Part shown: positions 46,562 through 55,466 of the stretch, piece by piece
How positions within the stretch are numbered: position 1 is the stretch's first letter
Layout of the letters: each line of letters starts with the position of its first letter
Assembly: GCA_025356095.1 (NCBI GenBank)
Contig: JANXUR010000051.1
Span: forward strand, 67,730-131,729
Origin: Acidobacteriaceae bacterium
GTDB taxonomy: Bacteria; Acidobacteriota; Terriglobia; Terriglobales; Acidobacteriaceae
DNA length: 64,000 nucleotides
Direction of reading: 5' to 3'
The notes under the pieces: model-generated
Seen by the model: only the letters and a program-made list of their open reading frames with translations
The model's database searches: none
Told to the model about the DNA's origin: nothing
Program-made: the position numbers and the translations under genes

Positions 46562-47794
46562 ATGAAGATTGCACTGGGCGTCAGCGGCGGGATTGCGGCT
46601 TATAAAGCAGCGGAGATTGCGCGTCTGCTGCAAGATCGCGGAGTGCGGGTACAGGTGGTGATGACCCGTTCCGCCCAGGAATTTATCCGCCCGCTGAGCT
46701 TTGCCGCGCTCACCGGCGAAAAAGTAATCACTGATTTATTCTCTACTGGCGGCGAGACGCCGAATCTCGATTCCGCCGTGGAACACATCAGCGTGGCGCA
46801 GTCCATTCACGCGCTGGTAGTGGTGCCCGCCACTGCCGATATTCTGGCCAAGTTTGCCCACGGCATCTGCGACGATTTTCTTACCACGCTGCATTTGGCC
46901 ACAACGGCGCCGGTGATTGTGGCTCCCGCGATGAATGTGAATATGTGGAATCATGCGGCGACGCAGCAGAACTTGCAAACGCTTCGCGCGCGCGGCGTTC
47001 ATATTGTGGAGCCGGGTAGCGGCTACTTGGCGTGCGGCATGATTGGCGCGGGTCGGCTGGCGGCCAATGAAGCGATTGTGGATGCGGTGATGCAAGTGCT
47101 CGAAGTCAAGCCGGGTGCTGCAGCAGAACGAGACTTAGTGGGTGAGACGATTCTGGTTACAGCGGGCCCCACCCGCGAAAAGATTGATCCGGTGCGCTAC
47201 ATCAGCAACCGCTCCAGCGGGAAGATGGGTTATGCCATTGCGGAAGCGTCCGCTCAGCGCGGAGCGCGGGTGCTACTGGTGACCGGACCTGCCACGGCTA
47301 AATTACCGGAGCTTGCCAATTTGGAAGTGACGCGCGTGGAAAGCACGGACGAGATGCGCAGCGCGGTGCTGGGCTTGTTGCCGCAGGCCACGGTGGTGAT
47401 TAAGGCGGCGGCGGTGGGTGACTATCACGTCAAGGCGATTGCGGAACATAAGATAAAGCGTGGCGGCCCGCTGACCCTAGAACTGGAGCCGAATCCGGAC
47501 ATTTTGAAAGAAATAGCCGCCCGCAAGCACAATCAGATTGTGATTGGCTTCGCCGCCGAGACGCAGGATCTGCTGGCCAATGGCCGCAAGAAGCTGGAGA
47601 GCAAGTCGCTCGATGCGATCGTCATCAACGATGTTTCCCGCGACGGTATTGGCTTTGATTCTGACCGCAATGCAGTCACCATTTTGACCCGCGATGGCGA
47701 GACGGTGGTCGCCGAAACAAGCAAGTGCGAAGTGGCGCACCGCATTTTGGATCAGATTTCGCCTCTGCGTGCGCACCGGCCAGCGCGGGCATAG
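46562..47794 (+). CDS. coaBC: bifunctional phosphopantothenoylcysteine decarboxylase / phosphopantothenate-cysteine ligase
   Basis: 410-aa ORF with an N-terminal flavoprotein domain (KIALGVSGGIAAYKA...PAMNVNMW) and a C-terminal DFP domain (VTAGPTREKIDPVRYISNRSSGKMG). Confidence 0.93.
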   Translation: MKIALGVSGGIAAYKAAEIARLLQDRGVRVQVVMTRSAQEFIRPLSFAALTGEKVITDLFSTGGETPNLDSAVEHISVAQSIHALVVVPATADILAKFAHGICDDFLTTLHLATTAPVIVAPAMNVNMWNHAATQQNLQTLRARGVHIVEPGSGYLACGMIGAGRLAANEAIVDAVMQVLEVKPGAAAERDLVGETILVTAGPTREKIDPVRYISNRSSGKMGYAIAEASAQRGARVLLVTGPATAKLPELANLEVTRVESTDEMRSAVLGLLPQATVVIKAAAVGDYHVKAIAEHKIKRGGPLTLELEPNPDILKEIAARKHNQIVIGFAAETQDLLANGRKKLESKSLDAIVINDVSRDGIGFDSDRNAVTILTRDGETVVAETSKCEVAHRILDQISPLRAHRPARA

Positions 47795-47867
47795 CCTCGG
47801 GCTTGGCATCCAAGGCAACTCTGGCACTCTGCACTCTTCCACAGTGCCCCGTTGTACCCTTACAGGG

Positions 47868-48770
47868 ATGCCCCGTCCGCTCGATGCCGCACTGTGTGAA
47901 CAGATTACGGCCCGGCTGCGCTTTTACCGCGAGTTGGGGATTTACGATTTCTACCGGCGATCCGAGACGCTGCAGTTGCCAGACTTTGCGGCGGCTCAGC
48001 CGCCGCAAGATCCGGCTCTGGCGGCGGACATGCAAGACGCAACCATTCCGACCGATGATGGAGACGATTTGGCCCGCCGCACCAACAAGACTGTTCCTCT
48101 GTTAGATTTTGCCGCGGTTCCCGATGCGCAGCAACGCGCCACGCTTCCAGAAGCCGCTGCGGTCAACCGGAATCTCGCGCTCACTATCATCCGCGAAGAT
48201 ATTGGCGACTGCACTCGCTGTGTGCTGCATCAGCAAGGCCGTAAACAGATTGTGTTCGGCGTAGGCAATCCTCATGCGGAACTGATGTTCATCGGTGAAG
48301 CTCCGGGCGCGGATGAAGACCAGCAAGGCGAGCCATTTGTGGGGCGCGCTGGCCAGTTGCTCACCAACATGATCAAGGCCATGGGTGTGTCGCGCGAGCA
48401 GGTGTATATCGCCAACATCATCAAGTGCCGACCGCCGGGCAACCGCACCCCCGAGCGCGAGGAATGCGAAACCTGTTCGCCGTTTTTAATGCGCCAGATT
48501 GATATCGTTCAGCCCAAGGCGATTGTGGCGCTGGGTGCGGTCGCGGCCAAAACTCTGCTGCAAATCAGTGCGCCCATGAGTGAGTTTCGCGGCAAGTGGT
48601 TCGACTTCCGGGGCTCGCAACTCACCGTCACCTATCATCCCGCATTTTTGCTGCGCGATCCTCGCCAGAAAAAAGAGACGTGGAAAGACCTGCAGATGGT
48701 GATGAAGTTTCTTGGTCTTCAGCCCGTGGCGATGCCCGAAAGCGCCCCCAAGACTCCTGCGGCGGAGTAG
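47868..48770 (+). CDS. uracil-DNA glycosylase, family 4
   Basis: In frame with track ORF 47694..48770, which overlaps coaBC. I prefer ATG 47868. Motifs are [30 protein letters not shown] and HPAFLLR. Confidence 0.85.
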   Translation: MPRPLDAALCEQITARLRFYRELGIYDFYRRSETLQLPDFAAAQPPQDPALAADMQDATIPTDDGDDLARRTNKTVPLLDFAAVPDAQQRATLPEAAAVNRNLALTIIREDIGDCTRCVLHQQGRKQIVFGVGNPHAELMFIGEAPGADEDQQGEPFVGRAGQLLTNMIKAMGVSREQVYIANIIKCRPPGNRTPEREECETCSPFLMRQIDIVQPKAIVALGAVAAKTLLQISAPMSEFRGKWFDFRGSQLTVTYHPAFLLRDPRQKKETWKDLQMVMKFLGLQPVAMPESAPKTPAAE

Positions 48771-48776
48771 TCCGCT

Positions 48777-51308
48777 ATGCCCGTGTATTGCGACGTTGCG
48801 CTGCCCGTTCCGCTGGACTTGGTATTCACGTACCGAGTTCCGGCTGGGCTGGAGCCGCTGGCCGGAGCGCGGGTGCTGGTGCCCTTCCGGCAGCAGCGCA
48901 TGACGGGTGTGGTGGTGGAAGTCCACGACCGCGAGCCGCATGCGGTTGGCGCGTCAAAAACCAAAGACCTTATTGAAGTCCTTGACACCACTCCTGTACT
49001 CGACGAGCAGCGCCTGAAGTTGGCCCGGTGGATCGCTTCCTATTACATCGCCCCGCTGGGCGATGTGCTGCGCTCGATGTTGCCCTTGCAGGCTGAGTTC
49101 GCGAAGCACGTGAGCTATCGCATTGCGATGGATGGCGAATTAGCGCTGCACACTGCCAGCGCCACCGGGTCAGCGGGCCGTTCGCGCCGCTCGGCGGAAG
49201 AGCAGATGATCGAGTTTCGCGTGCTGGATTTGCTGGCGCAGCGCGACGCTGGCGGCGAGGATGCGATTCGCGAGGCCTCTCTGCGCCGGTCCACCAAAGC
49301 CACGCGGGAACTGCTGGCTGGGATGGTGCGCAAACACTGGATCACTCGTGAGGATACTTCCGGCGTGCGCACCTCTGCCAGAATTCGCCGAGTGGCGTTC
49401 CTGCTGCGTCTGCCGGATGAGAGCGAGCGGCTGAACGAAAATCAACTGCGCTTGATCAACGCGCTGGCCGAGGCAGCGGGAGCAGGAATCCTCGAACAAC
49501 AGGATGCCGCTGCGGACGATCGTGAAAAGCCACGCACCATCACCGGCGTGCCGCTTGACCTGCTGCGCACTCTGGAGCTACCGCCAAGCACGCTGCACAC
49601 ACTGGTGCGGCGCGGCATGGTCGAGATCAAAGAGGAACCGCTCGACTTTCGGATGTCGAGCCTGCGTCCCCGCGAACATGCCAGCTTGCAACTCACCGAT
49701 GCGCAGGCGGACGCACTTCTGCACATCAATGCGGCGGTTGCGGAAGGGAAGTTCCATGTGTGCCTGCTGCATGGTGTTACGGGCTCGGGCAAAACGGCGG
49801 TCTATCTTTCTGCGATGCAGGCGGTGCTGGCGGCGGGCCGATCGGCGATTTTGCTGGTACCAGAGATTGGCCTTACGCCCGCAGCCGCTGCCGACTTACA
49901 CAGCCTGTTTGGAGACCAAGTAGCCATCTTGCACTCCGGCCTCAGTGACGACGAGCGTGCCGAGCAGTGGCATCGCATCCACAGCGGCGGTGCGCGGATC
50001 GTGGTCGGCACGCGCTCGGCGGTGTTTTCTCCCGTGGCGGATCTTGCGCTCATTGTGGTGGATGAAGAACACGACAGCAGTTACAAGCAAGAAGAAACGC
50101 CGCGCTACCACGCCCGCGATGTCGCCGTGATGCGTGCGAAGATGGCCAACGCCACCGTGGTGTTGGGCTCGGCCACGCCGTCGCTGGAATCCTACGCCAA
50201 CGCGCAGAGCGGCAAATACAAGCTGATTGAGTTGCGCGAGCGCATCGCCGAACGCCTGATGCCTGAAGTGAAAATTGTGGATATGCGGCAGGAGTTTCAG
50301 GAGACGGGCAGTGAACAGGTGTTGTCGCGCGCGCTGCTGGCAGGCATTGCCGCGCGGCTGGCCCGGCGCGAACAGGTAATGGTGTTATTGAACCGGCGGG
50401 GCTATGCGCCCATCGTGCTCTGCCGCGCTTGCGGCCACAAGATGGAGTGCGTCCATTGTGCGATTTCGCTGACGCTGCACAAGCATCTACGCAAGATGGA
50501 GTGCCACTACTGCGGCTTTGTCGCGCCCGTGCCCAAACAATGCGTCCAGTGCGGCAGCGACTACGTGCAGTTCGTGGGCACGGGGTCTGAGAAGCTGGAA
50601 GAAATGTTGCGCCAACACTTTCCGCAGGCGCGCATTGCGCGCATGGATCGCGATACCGTCCGCGGACGCGATGCCTTTGAAGCCATGTTGCACCGGCTCG
50701 ACCTCGGCGAAATTGACGTGCTGGTGGGCACGCAGATGATCGCCAAGGGCCACGACTTTCACGGGGTGACGCTCGTCGGCGTGGTGGGCGCGGACTATGC
50801 ACTGGGTATGCCCGACTTTCGCGCAGCCGAGCGGGTGTTTCAGTTGCTCACCCAGGTGGCCGGTCGCGCCGGTCGCGGCGATGTGCGTGGCGAGGTGCTA
50901 TTCCAAAGCTATTTTCCCGATCATTACGCGGTGACGTTTGCCGCACAGCACGACTTCGCCAGCTTCTACGAAAAGGAATCGCGCTATCGCAGTTGGATGC
51001 ACTATCCTCCCCATGCTTCACTGGCAAACGTGCTGGTGCGGTCAGACAAGCTGGAGGACGCACTGAACTTCTCTGGCATTCTGGGCCGCTGGTTCGAGGC
51101 GCAGCACAAGGAGTCCGTGCGAGTGATGGGGCCCGCCCCCGCCCCCATCGTGCGGCTCAAAAATGATTATCGCTACCACTTTGTGCTGAAGTCATCCAGC
51201 CGCGAAAAGCTCAACCAACTGCTACGAGGTATGATCGCCCACGCCAATGCACAGAAAATCCCCCGTACCAGCGTAATTGTGGATGTAGATGCACTGTGGC
51301 TGATGTAG
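48777..51308 (+). CDS. priA: primosomal protein N' (replication restart helicase)
   Basis: 843-aa ORF with the N-terminus YCDVALPVPLDLVFTYRVP, Walker A GVTGSGKT, DEEHD and the Cys-rich zinc region (CRACGHKMECVHC...CHYCG...CVQCG). Confidence 0.95.
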   Translation: MPVYCDVALPVPLDLVFTYRVPAGLEPLAGARVLVPFRQQRMTGVVVEVHDREPHAVGASKTKDLIEVLDTTPVLDEQRLKLARWIASYYIAPLGDVLRSMLPLQAEFAKHVSYRIAMDGELALHTASATGSAGRSRRSAEEQMIEFRVLDLLAQRDAGGEDAIREASLRRSTKATRELLAGMVRKHWITREDTSGVRTSARIRRVAFLLRLPDESERLNENQLRLINALAEAAGAGILEQQDAAADDREKPRTITGVPLDLLRTLELPPSTLHTLVRRGMVEIKEEPLDFRMSSLRPREHASLQLTDAQADALLHINAAVAEGKFHVCLLHGVTGSGKTAVYLSAMQAVLAAGRSAILLVPEIGLTPAAAADLHSLFGDQVAILHSGLSDDERAEQWHRIHSGGARIVVGTRSAVFSPVADLALIVVDEEHDSSYKQEETPRYHARDVAVMRAKMANATVVLGSATPSLESYANAQSGKYKLIELRERIAERLMPEVKIVDMRQEFQETGSEQVLSRALLAGIAARLARREQVMVLLNRRGYAPIVLCRACGHKMECVHCAISLTLHKHLRKMECHYCGFVAPVPKQCVQCGSDYVQFVGTGSEKLEEMLRQHFPQARIARMDRDTVRGRDAFEAMLHRLDLGEIDVLVGTQMIAKGHDFHGVTLVGVVGADYALGMPDFRAAERVFQLLTQVAGRAGRGDVRGEVLFQSYFPDHYAVTFAAQHDFASFYEKESRYRSWMHYPPHASLANVLVRSDKLEDALNFSGILGRWFEAQHKESVRVMGPAPAPIVRLKNDYRYHFVLKSSSREKLNQLLRGMIAHANAQKIPRTSVIVDVDALWLM

Positions 51309-51340
51309 TTACGTTGCCCGGCTGCTCTCCGAGCTACTGG

Positions 51341-52135
51341 TTACTTCGTTTCCGTTCTCTTCAAGTCTGCGGCCGTACTCCAACGGTCCAGTGCGTTGGT
51401 GTAAATCTTGGCATCGGCGGGCACGGGCACCTTACTCTTGAGTGAGGTGGCGAAAGGCACGTTATGGCCGTAGAATTCGCGCGTGGCGTCTTTATCCTGC
51501 GCAATGCGAGCGCCGTTGAGGGTGAGTCCGGCGAAAACCCCTCGAGTGCGCGAGTACGTCAACACCTGCGCTTTCAGCTTCCAGTCGGTATTGCCTTCGG
51601 CGTGGCGACCCACAGGCCCTGCTGCGACGGAAGCATCCGCGCCCAATTCGAACTTACTGGAAAGTAGATTGTTCATCCCTTGATCGTTCATGATGAGCAT
51701 AATGAGGTCAATGGCCTGTCCGCCGATTTGCAGGCCGAAGCTGCCGCCGGTGACGGTGAAGAATGCCGGTGCGCTCCATCCACCTTTGCCATTGCGGCAA
51801 CTAGCCACTCCTTTGCCATAACGTGCGCCGACAATAAATCCGCCCTTGAGCAAGCCGGGGACGACGGCCACACACTTGGCCGACCCGAACACTTCCTGTG
51901 GCACACCCTTGTCGGGCGCCTCCTGAATTTCGTCAATCACGGTGGCGGCCGATTGCACCCGGTCGCTGGTCTTGGTGCGGCTTTCACCTACAGGTTTGTC
52001 GGCTTGCTTGGCGTCTTGCGCCTGTAGCGGTGCGGCCGCCAGCAGTATTGTCAACAGAACCATTGTCCACAGAACCATCAACAACGAGGGACCAACAGGA
52101 ATGGCAAATTTTTTCAAGGCAAAGCTCCTGACCAC
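51341..52135 (-). CDS. SYLF (Ysc84/DUF500) lipid-binding domain protein, secreted or lipoprotein-like
   Basis: 264-aa ORF with a hydrophobic N-terminus. The SYLF pattern is GWSAPAFFTVTGGSFGLQIGGQAIDLIMLIMN...FELGADASVAAGPVG...YSRTRGVFAGLTLNGARI. Confidence 0.82.
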   Translation of the reverse strand: MVRSFALKKFAIPVGPSLLMVLWTMVLLTILLAAAPLQAQDAKQADKPVGESRTKTSDRVQSAATVIDEIQEAPDKGVPQEVFGSAKCVAVVPGLLKGGFIVGARYGKGVASCRNGKGGWSAPAFFTVTGGSFGLQIGGQAIDLIMLIMNDQGMNNLLSSKFELGADASVAAGPVGRHAEGNTDWKLKAQVLTYSRTRGVFAGLTLNGARIAQDKDATREFYGHNVPFATSLKSKVPVPADAKIYTNALDRWSTAADLKRTETK

Positions 52136-52456
52136 ATTAGACGGGGAAAACGCGTCTACTGTTGCCTAGGATATCGCGCGAATGGTCAGGCTGGGGATAT
52201 CGAGTAGGAAACCCCACGCAGGAAGGCTGAGCGGGCGGAGGCGATGCTTTAGCGTCTCTGCGACTGGGTGGAGGCAAAAAATCGGGGCTGGTTCCGGTGA
52301 CCCATCCGGTTCCAACCCCGTCTCCCAGGTTCTGTGGTAGGTGAAACCAGTATGGCTTTTCCAGCAGAAGCTGCCAAGATAACGCTGGGGAGTGCCCTTG
52401 GGTAACTATGGTGCGTGTGCCGCTGCACACCCCGCAGCCTTTGGCCTACCATAGAG

Positions 52457-52547
52457 GTGCCAATAGCGATGTGCCAATAGCGATGTGCCCACAGCGATGT
52501 GCCCACAGCGATGTGCCCACAGCGATGTGCCCGCAGTGATGTGCCTA
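52457..52547. repeat. minisatellite, 14-nt unit gtgccaatagcgat / gtgcccacagcgat, 6 full copies plus a partial seventh
   Basis: Read directly. The units are 52457-70 and 52471-84 (identical), 52485-98, 52499-512 and 52513-26 (identical), 52527-40 (2 substitutions) and a partial copy at 52541-47. The partial copy runs into TATAAT (52546-52551). Confidence 0.95.
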
Positions 52548-52600
52548 TAATTTTCTGCCGTGCTGACTGCGTGGTACGGCGTTTGGTTCCTGTGTTATTT

Positions 52601-52738
52601 GCGGTTCATTTCGCGGTTCATTTCGCGGTTCGTTTCGCGGTTCATTTCGCGCTTTGTTTCGTTGTTCGTTTCTTTGTTTATTTCGTTGTTCGTTCGTTCG
52701 TCGTTCAATTCGTCGTTCAATTCGTCGTTCACTATTTC
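52601..52738. repeat. degenerate minisatellite, 12-nt unit gcggttcatttc (about 11 copies, decaying 5' to 3'), T-rich on the plus strand
   Basis: Read directly: gcggttcatttc x2, gcggttcgtttc, gcggttcatttc, gcgctttgtttc, gttgttcgtttc, tttgtttatttc, gttgttcgttcgttc, gtcgttcaattc x2, gtcgttcactatttc. It ends 34 nt before ATG 52773. Confidence 0.9.
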
Positions 52739-52772
52739 GCGAGACAGAATTTCGCAAGACTGAGGTATTTTT

Positions 52773-54278
52773 ATGGCTGGCACTCTTATCAGGTCGGTAA
52801 AACAGTCGGACAAGCAATTAGGTAAGCCGTCCGCAAAATCCTCCGCCGCTGGCGTCAAGCGCGGCACTCAACCCAAACCGTCCGCCACCCAACGCGCAAG
52901 CCTGCGGCCCACCACGCAACCTGAGACGGCCTCTGGCGAAGGCTACCGCATTCGTACCCGGTTGATCCATGGGGTGTCAAAAAACCCCAAGTGGGACTAT
53001 ACCCATCACGTCGTCCCTCCGATGAGTTCGTCGGCTACCTTTCGGCTGAGCAGCAGCCAGCGCGGGGCGCGCGGCTTTTTCGAGTTCGCCTGCGACACCA
53101 TCAACACCAAGCGCCATGTGCCCATCTACATCTACGACCGGCTCGACGAGCCGACGCGCGGCATGCTGGAAGAAGCTCTTGCCACCGCCGAAGGTGGCGA
53201 CATTGCCGTCTGCTTTGCCACAGGCATGGCGGCGATTACGGCGGCGATTCAAGTGCTGGTGCGTGGTGGCGACCACGTGGTTGCCCACGATACGCTCTAC
53301 GGCTGTACCTACAGCTACTTGATCAACTGGCTGCCTCGGCAAGGGGTAAGCAGCACCTTCGTCAACGCTTGCGACCCGCAGGCTGTCGCCCAAGCCATCA
53401 CGCCCAAAACGCGCGTTGTCTATCTGGAAACGCCCGTCAACCCAAACCTCGAACTGGTGGATCTTTCAGCGGTGCGCGCTGTGGTGGATCAGGCCAACCG
53501 CAAGCGCAAGCCAGAAGAGCGCATCCGGATTCTGGTGGATAACACCTTTTGCACGCCGTATTGCCAGCGTCCGCTGGGGCTTGGCGCAGACGTGGTGATT
53601 CACAGCTTGACCAAAGGCATCGGCGGCTTTGGCACCGACATGGGCGGTGCCGTCATCACCAGCCACGACCAATACAACGAGCTGATGATGTACCGCAAGG
53701 ATTTTGGCGGCGTGCTGAGTCCCAAAGCCGCCTGGAATGTGCTGGTGTATGGCTTGCCGTCGCTGGCCACCCGCATGGCGAATATGCAGCGCAGCGCTCG
53801 CAAAGTGGCTGAATTCCTCGAGCAGCATCCCAAGGTAGAGCGCGTGTTGTACCCGGGATTGCCGTCGTTTCCGCAACGCGAATTGGCCGAACGCCAGATG
53901 GTGGATTATCGCGGCAAGTTCGCGCCCGGCTCCATGATTTACTTCACGCTAAAGGATGCTTCGGGCAATACGGCTGCCAAAGCAGGACGCAGCAAGGGAC
54001 GCAAGCAGCCAAATGCCCTGGGCGAATATCCCGCCGAGCGCGTCATCAACTACATTGCCGACCATGCCTATTGCGTCACCTTGGCCGTGAGTCTGGGGCA
54101 GGTGAAGACTTTGATTGAAAGTCCCTACCACATGACCCACTCCGCCTACATAGACCCCAGCAAGCCCGCAGGTTCTTGTACGCGGGGGCTAGAGCCGGGC
54201 GGCATTCGCCTGTCGGTAGGACTGGAAGACTGGCATGACATTATTGCCGACTTGGAAAAAGCGCTGGAAAAGGCTTAG
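52773..54278 (+). CDS. PLP-dependent Cys/Met-metabolism (trans-sulfuration family) enzyme with N-terminal extension
   Basis: 501-aa ORF. The family core runs from about aa 70 (HHVVPPMSSSATF...), with the PLP-lysine region HSLTKGIGGFGTDMGGAV. The first ~60 aa are low complexity and basic, and there is an extra ~35-aa Lys/Gly-rich insert (KDASGNTAAKAGRSKGRKQPNALGEYP). Confidence 0.85.
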   Translation: MAGTLIRSVKQSDKQLGKPSAKSSAAGVKRGTQPKPSATQRASLRPTTQPETASGEGYRIRTRLIHGVSKNPKWDYTHHVVPPMSSSATFRLSSSQRGARGFFEFACDTINTKRHVPIYIYDRLDEPTRGMLEEALATAEGGDIAVCFATGMAAITAAIQVLVRGGDHVVAHDTLYGCTYSYLINWLPRQGVSSTFVNACDPQAVAQAITPKTRVVYLETPVNPNLELVDLSAVRAVVDQANRKRKPEERIRILVDNTFCTPYCQRPLGLGADVVIHSLTKGIGGFGTDMGGAVITSHDQYNELMMYRKDFGGVLSPKAAWNVLVYGLPSLATRMANMQRSARKVAEFLEQHPKVERVLYPGLPSFPQRELAERQMVDYRGKFAPGSMIYFTLKDASGNTAAKAGRSKGRKQPNALGEYPAERVINYIADHAYCVTLAVSLGQVKTLIESPYHMTHSAYIDPSKPAGSCTRGLEPGGIRLSVGLEDWHDIIADLEKALEKA

Positions 54279-54322
54279 TTTGGGCGAGGAAGGGATTTGT
54301 AGAAGACCTTCGTCGGAGAGAC

Positions 54323-54362
54323 CTGCCCGGCGGCAGCGCGGTGCCGCATTGCGGCCGGGCAG
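54323..54362. terminator. hairpin between convergent genes (ctgcccggc ... gccgggcag)
   Basis: 9-bp perfect stem with a 22-nt structured loop, read directly. There is no clear U-tract. Confidence 0.4.
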
Positions 54363-54383
54363 ACAACGCATCCTAAGTGGAGC

Positions 54384-54557
54384 TTATCCCCGGCCTGCGG
54401 TGGCGAAGCCCATGCCGCCGATGGCGATGGAGATAACCCCCATGATGTTGCTGAGCAGCGAACCGCAAACGATGCAGGAAATACCGCCGGGGTAAATCAT
54501 CAAACCCCCAATAATAATCAGCCACGCCCATGCCAGTTGTCTTGGAATCATGTTCAT
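54384..54557 (-). CDS. small membrane protein (57 aa)
   Basis: Below the ORF-track cutoff. It reads MNMIPRQLAWAWLIIIGGLMIYPGGISCIVCGSLLSNIMGVISIAIGGMGFATAGRG, giving two hydrophobic helices. GGAGA lies about 10 nt upstream of the ATG. Confidence 0.45.
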   Translation of the reverse strand: MNMIPRQLAWAWLIIIGGLMIYPGGISCIVCGSLLSNIMGVISIAIGGMGFATAGRG

Positions 54558-54756
54558 AAAGACAAGTCTCCTCTGCGAGTCAGGCTCCCTTCGCCAACGG
54601 CAGACGGGAAACAGGCGGAGGACGAATGGCCTTAACTGTCGCGGGCCGGATGCTACGCCGCGCAGAATTGAGTGTCAAGAAAAAATTGCGGTGTATTTGC
54701 GTTCATCCCATCCGCTCCCTGTGGTGTGTGCTATATTACGGTTCGCGAGGTAGATT

Positions 54757-55281
54757 GTGACTCCCCCTTCCAACAAGCCAGCCAGAATCAGGAAGGCAGC
54801 GGCTGTGCCCCAAGCCCCCCGCGCCGAGCGTCCCCACATGCCGGACTATGGCATCGCCATCGGCACCAAAGGCCTGCTGCCGTGGCGTTGGGCTGAGGAA
54901 AAACTCACTGCTACGCGTATCTACTGGCTGACTACGGTCACTCCCAAGGATGAACCCCACGTGATGCCGATTTGGGGCATCTGGGTGGAGAATCGCTTCT
55001 ACTTCAGCACCCGAGCCACCTCGGTAAAGGCGCGGAACTTGGCGGCGAACCCGCGCTGCGTCATCGCGAATGGCGATCCTGATCAGGCCGTCATTCTCCA
55101 CGGCGAAGTCCGCCCCATCGCGCCCCAGGCCCGCATCAAGCAATTGAGTAAGCCGTACGCGAAGAAGTACGGCATTGGCCTCACCGCCGACATGGGCATC
55201 CTCTTCGAGTTGAGCCCCACCCACGCCTTCGGCCAACCCCACGACCAGTATGCTCAAGCAGCCACCCGCTGGCGCTTCTAA
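54757..55281 (+). CDS. pyridoxamine 5'-phosphate oxidase-family (FMN/F420-binding split barrel) protein
   Basis: 174-aa ORF. RIYWLTTVTPKDEPHVMPIWGIWVENRFYFSTRATSVKARNLAANPRCVI is a typical PPOX-class pattern. Confidence 0.8.
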   Translation: MTPPSNKPARIRKAAAVPQAPRAERPHMPDYGIAIGTKGLLPWRWAEEKLTATRIYWLTTVTPKDEPHVMPIWGIWVENRFYFSTRATSVKARNLAANPRCVIANGDPDQAVILHGEVRPIAPQARIKQLSKPYAKKYGIGLTADMGILFELSPTHAFGQPHDQYAQAATRWRF

Positions 55282-55466
55282 GCGGACGTCTGCTGATCTT
55301 CGATCTGGCCCTGCCGCCCATCCTGCAAATATTTTTGCCTGCCGTGAGCATTTTCTCCGTCACCCTGCGCTTTAACAGGTGAGGGCTGCTGAGCAGTGCC
55401 ATCGCCTACTCCCGGTAGGCGGCGGGAAGGCTCAGGAGCCCCAAGCAAATTCAAGGAGAATCTCTT

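Noticed and set aside
50050-50802. 250-aa minus-strand ORF
   Set aside because: It is antisense to priA and extremely Arg/Pro/Ala-rich.
52440-52480. SAM-I riboswitch upstream of the Met-pathway-like gene (GGTGCCAAT resembles the GGUGCUAAAUCC segment)
   Set aside because: The match is only to one short block, which is itself part of the tandem repeat unit. None of the other conserved SAM-I helices or junction sequences could be found.
52457-52738. Possible CRISPR array
   Set aside because: The units are only 12-14 nt and directly abut one another with no unique spacers. No cas genes are in the window. These are minisatellites, not CRISPR.
52499-52867. ORFs running through the 12-nt repeats (108 aa FAVHFAVHF...; 90 aa RNEPRNEP...; 67 aa)
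   Set aside because: Their open frames are a by-product of the 12-nt periodicity. They have no RBS or credible start and overlap each other and the start of the PLP-enzyme gene.
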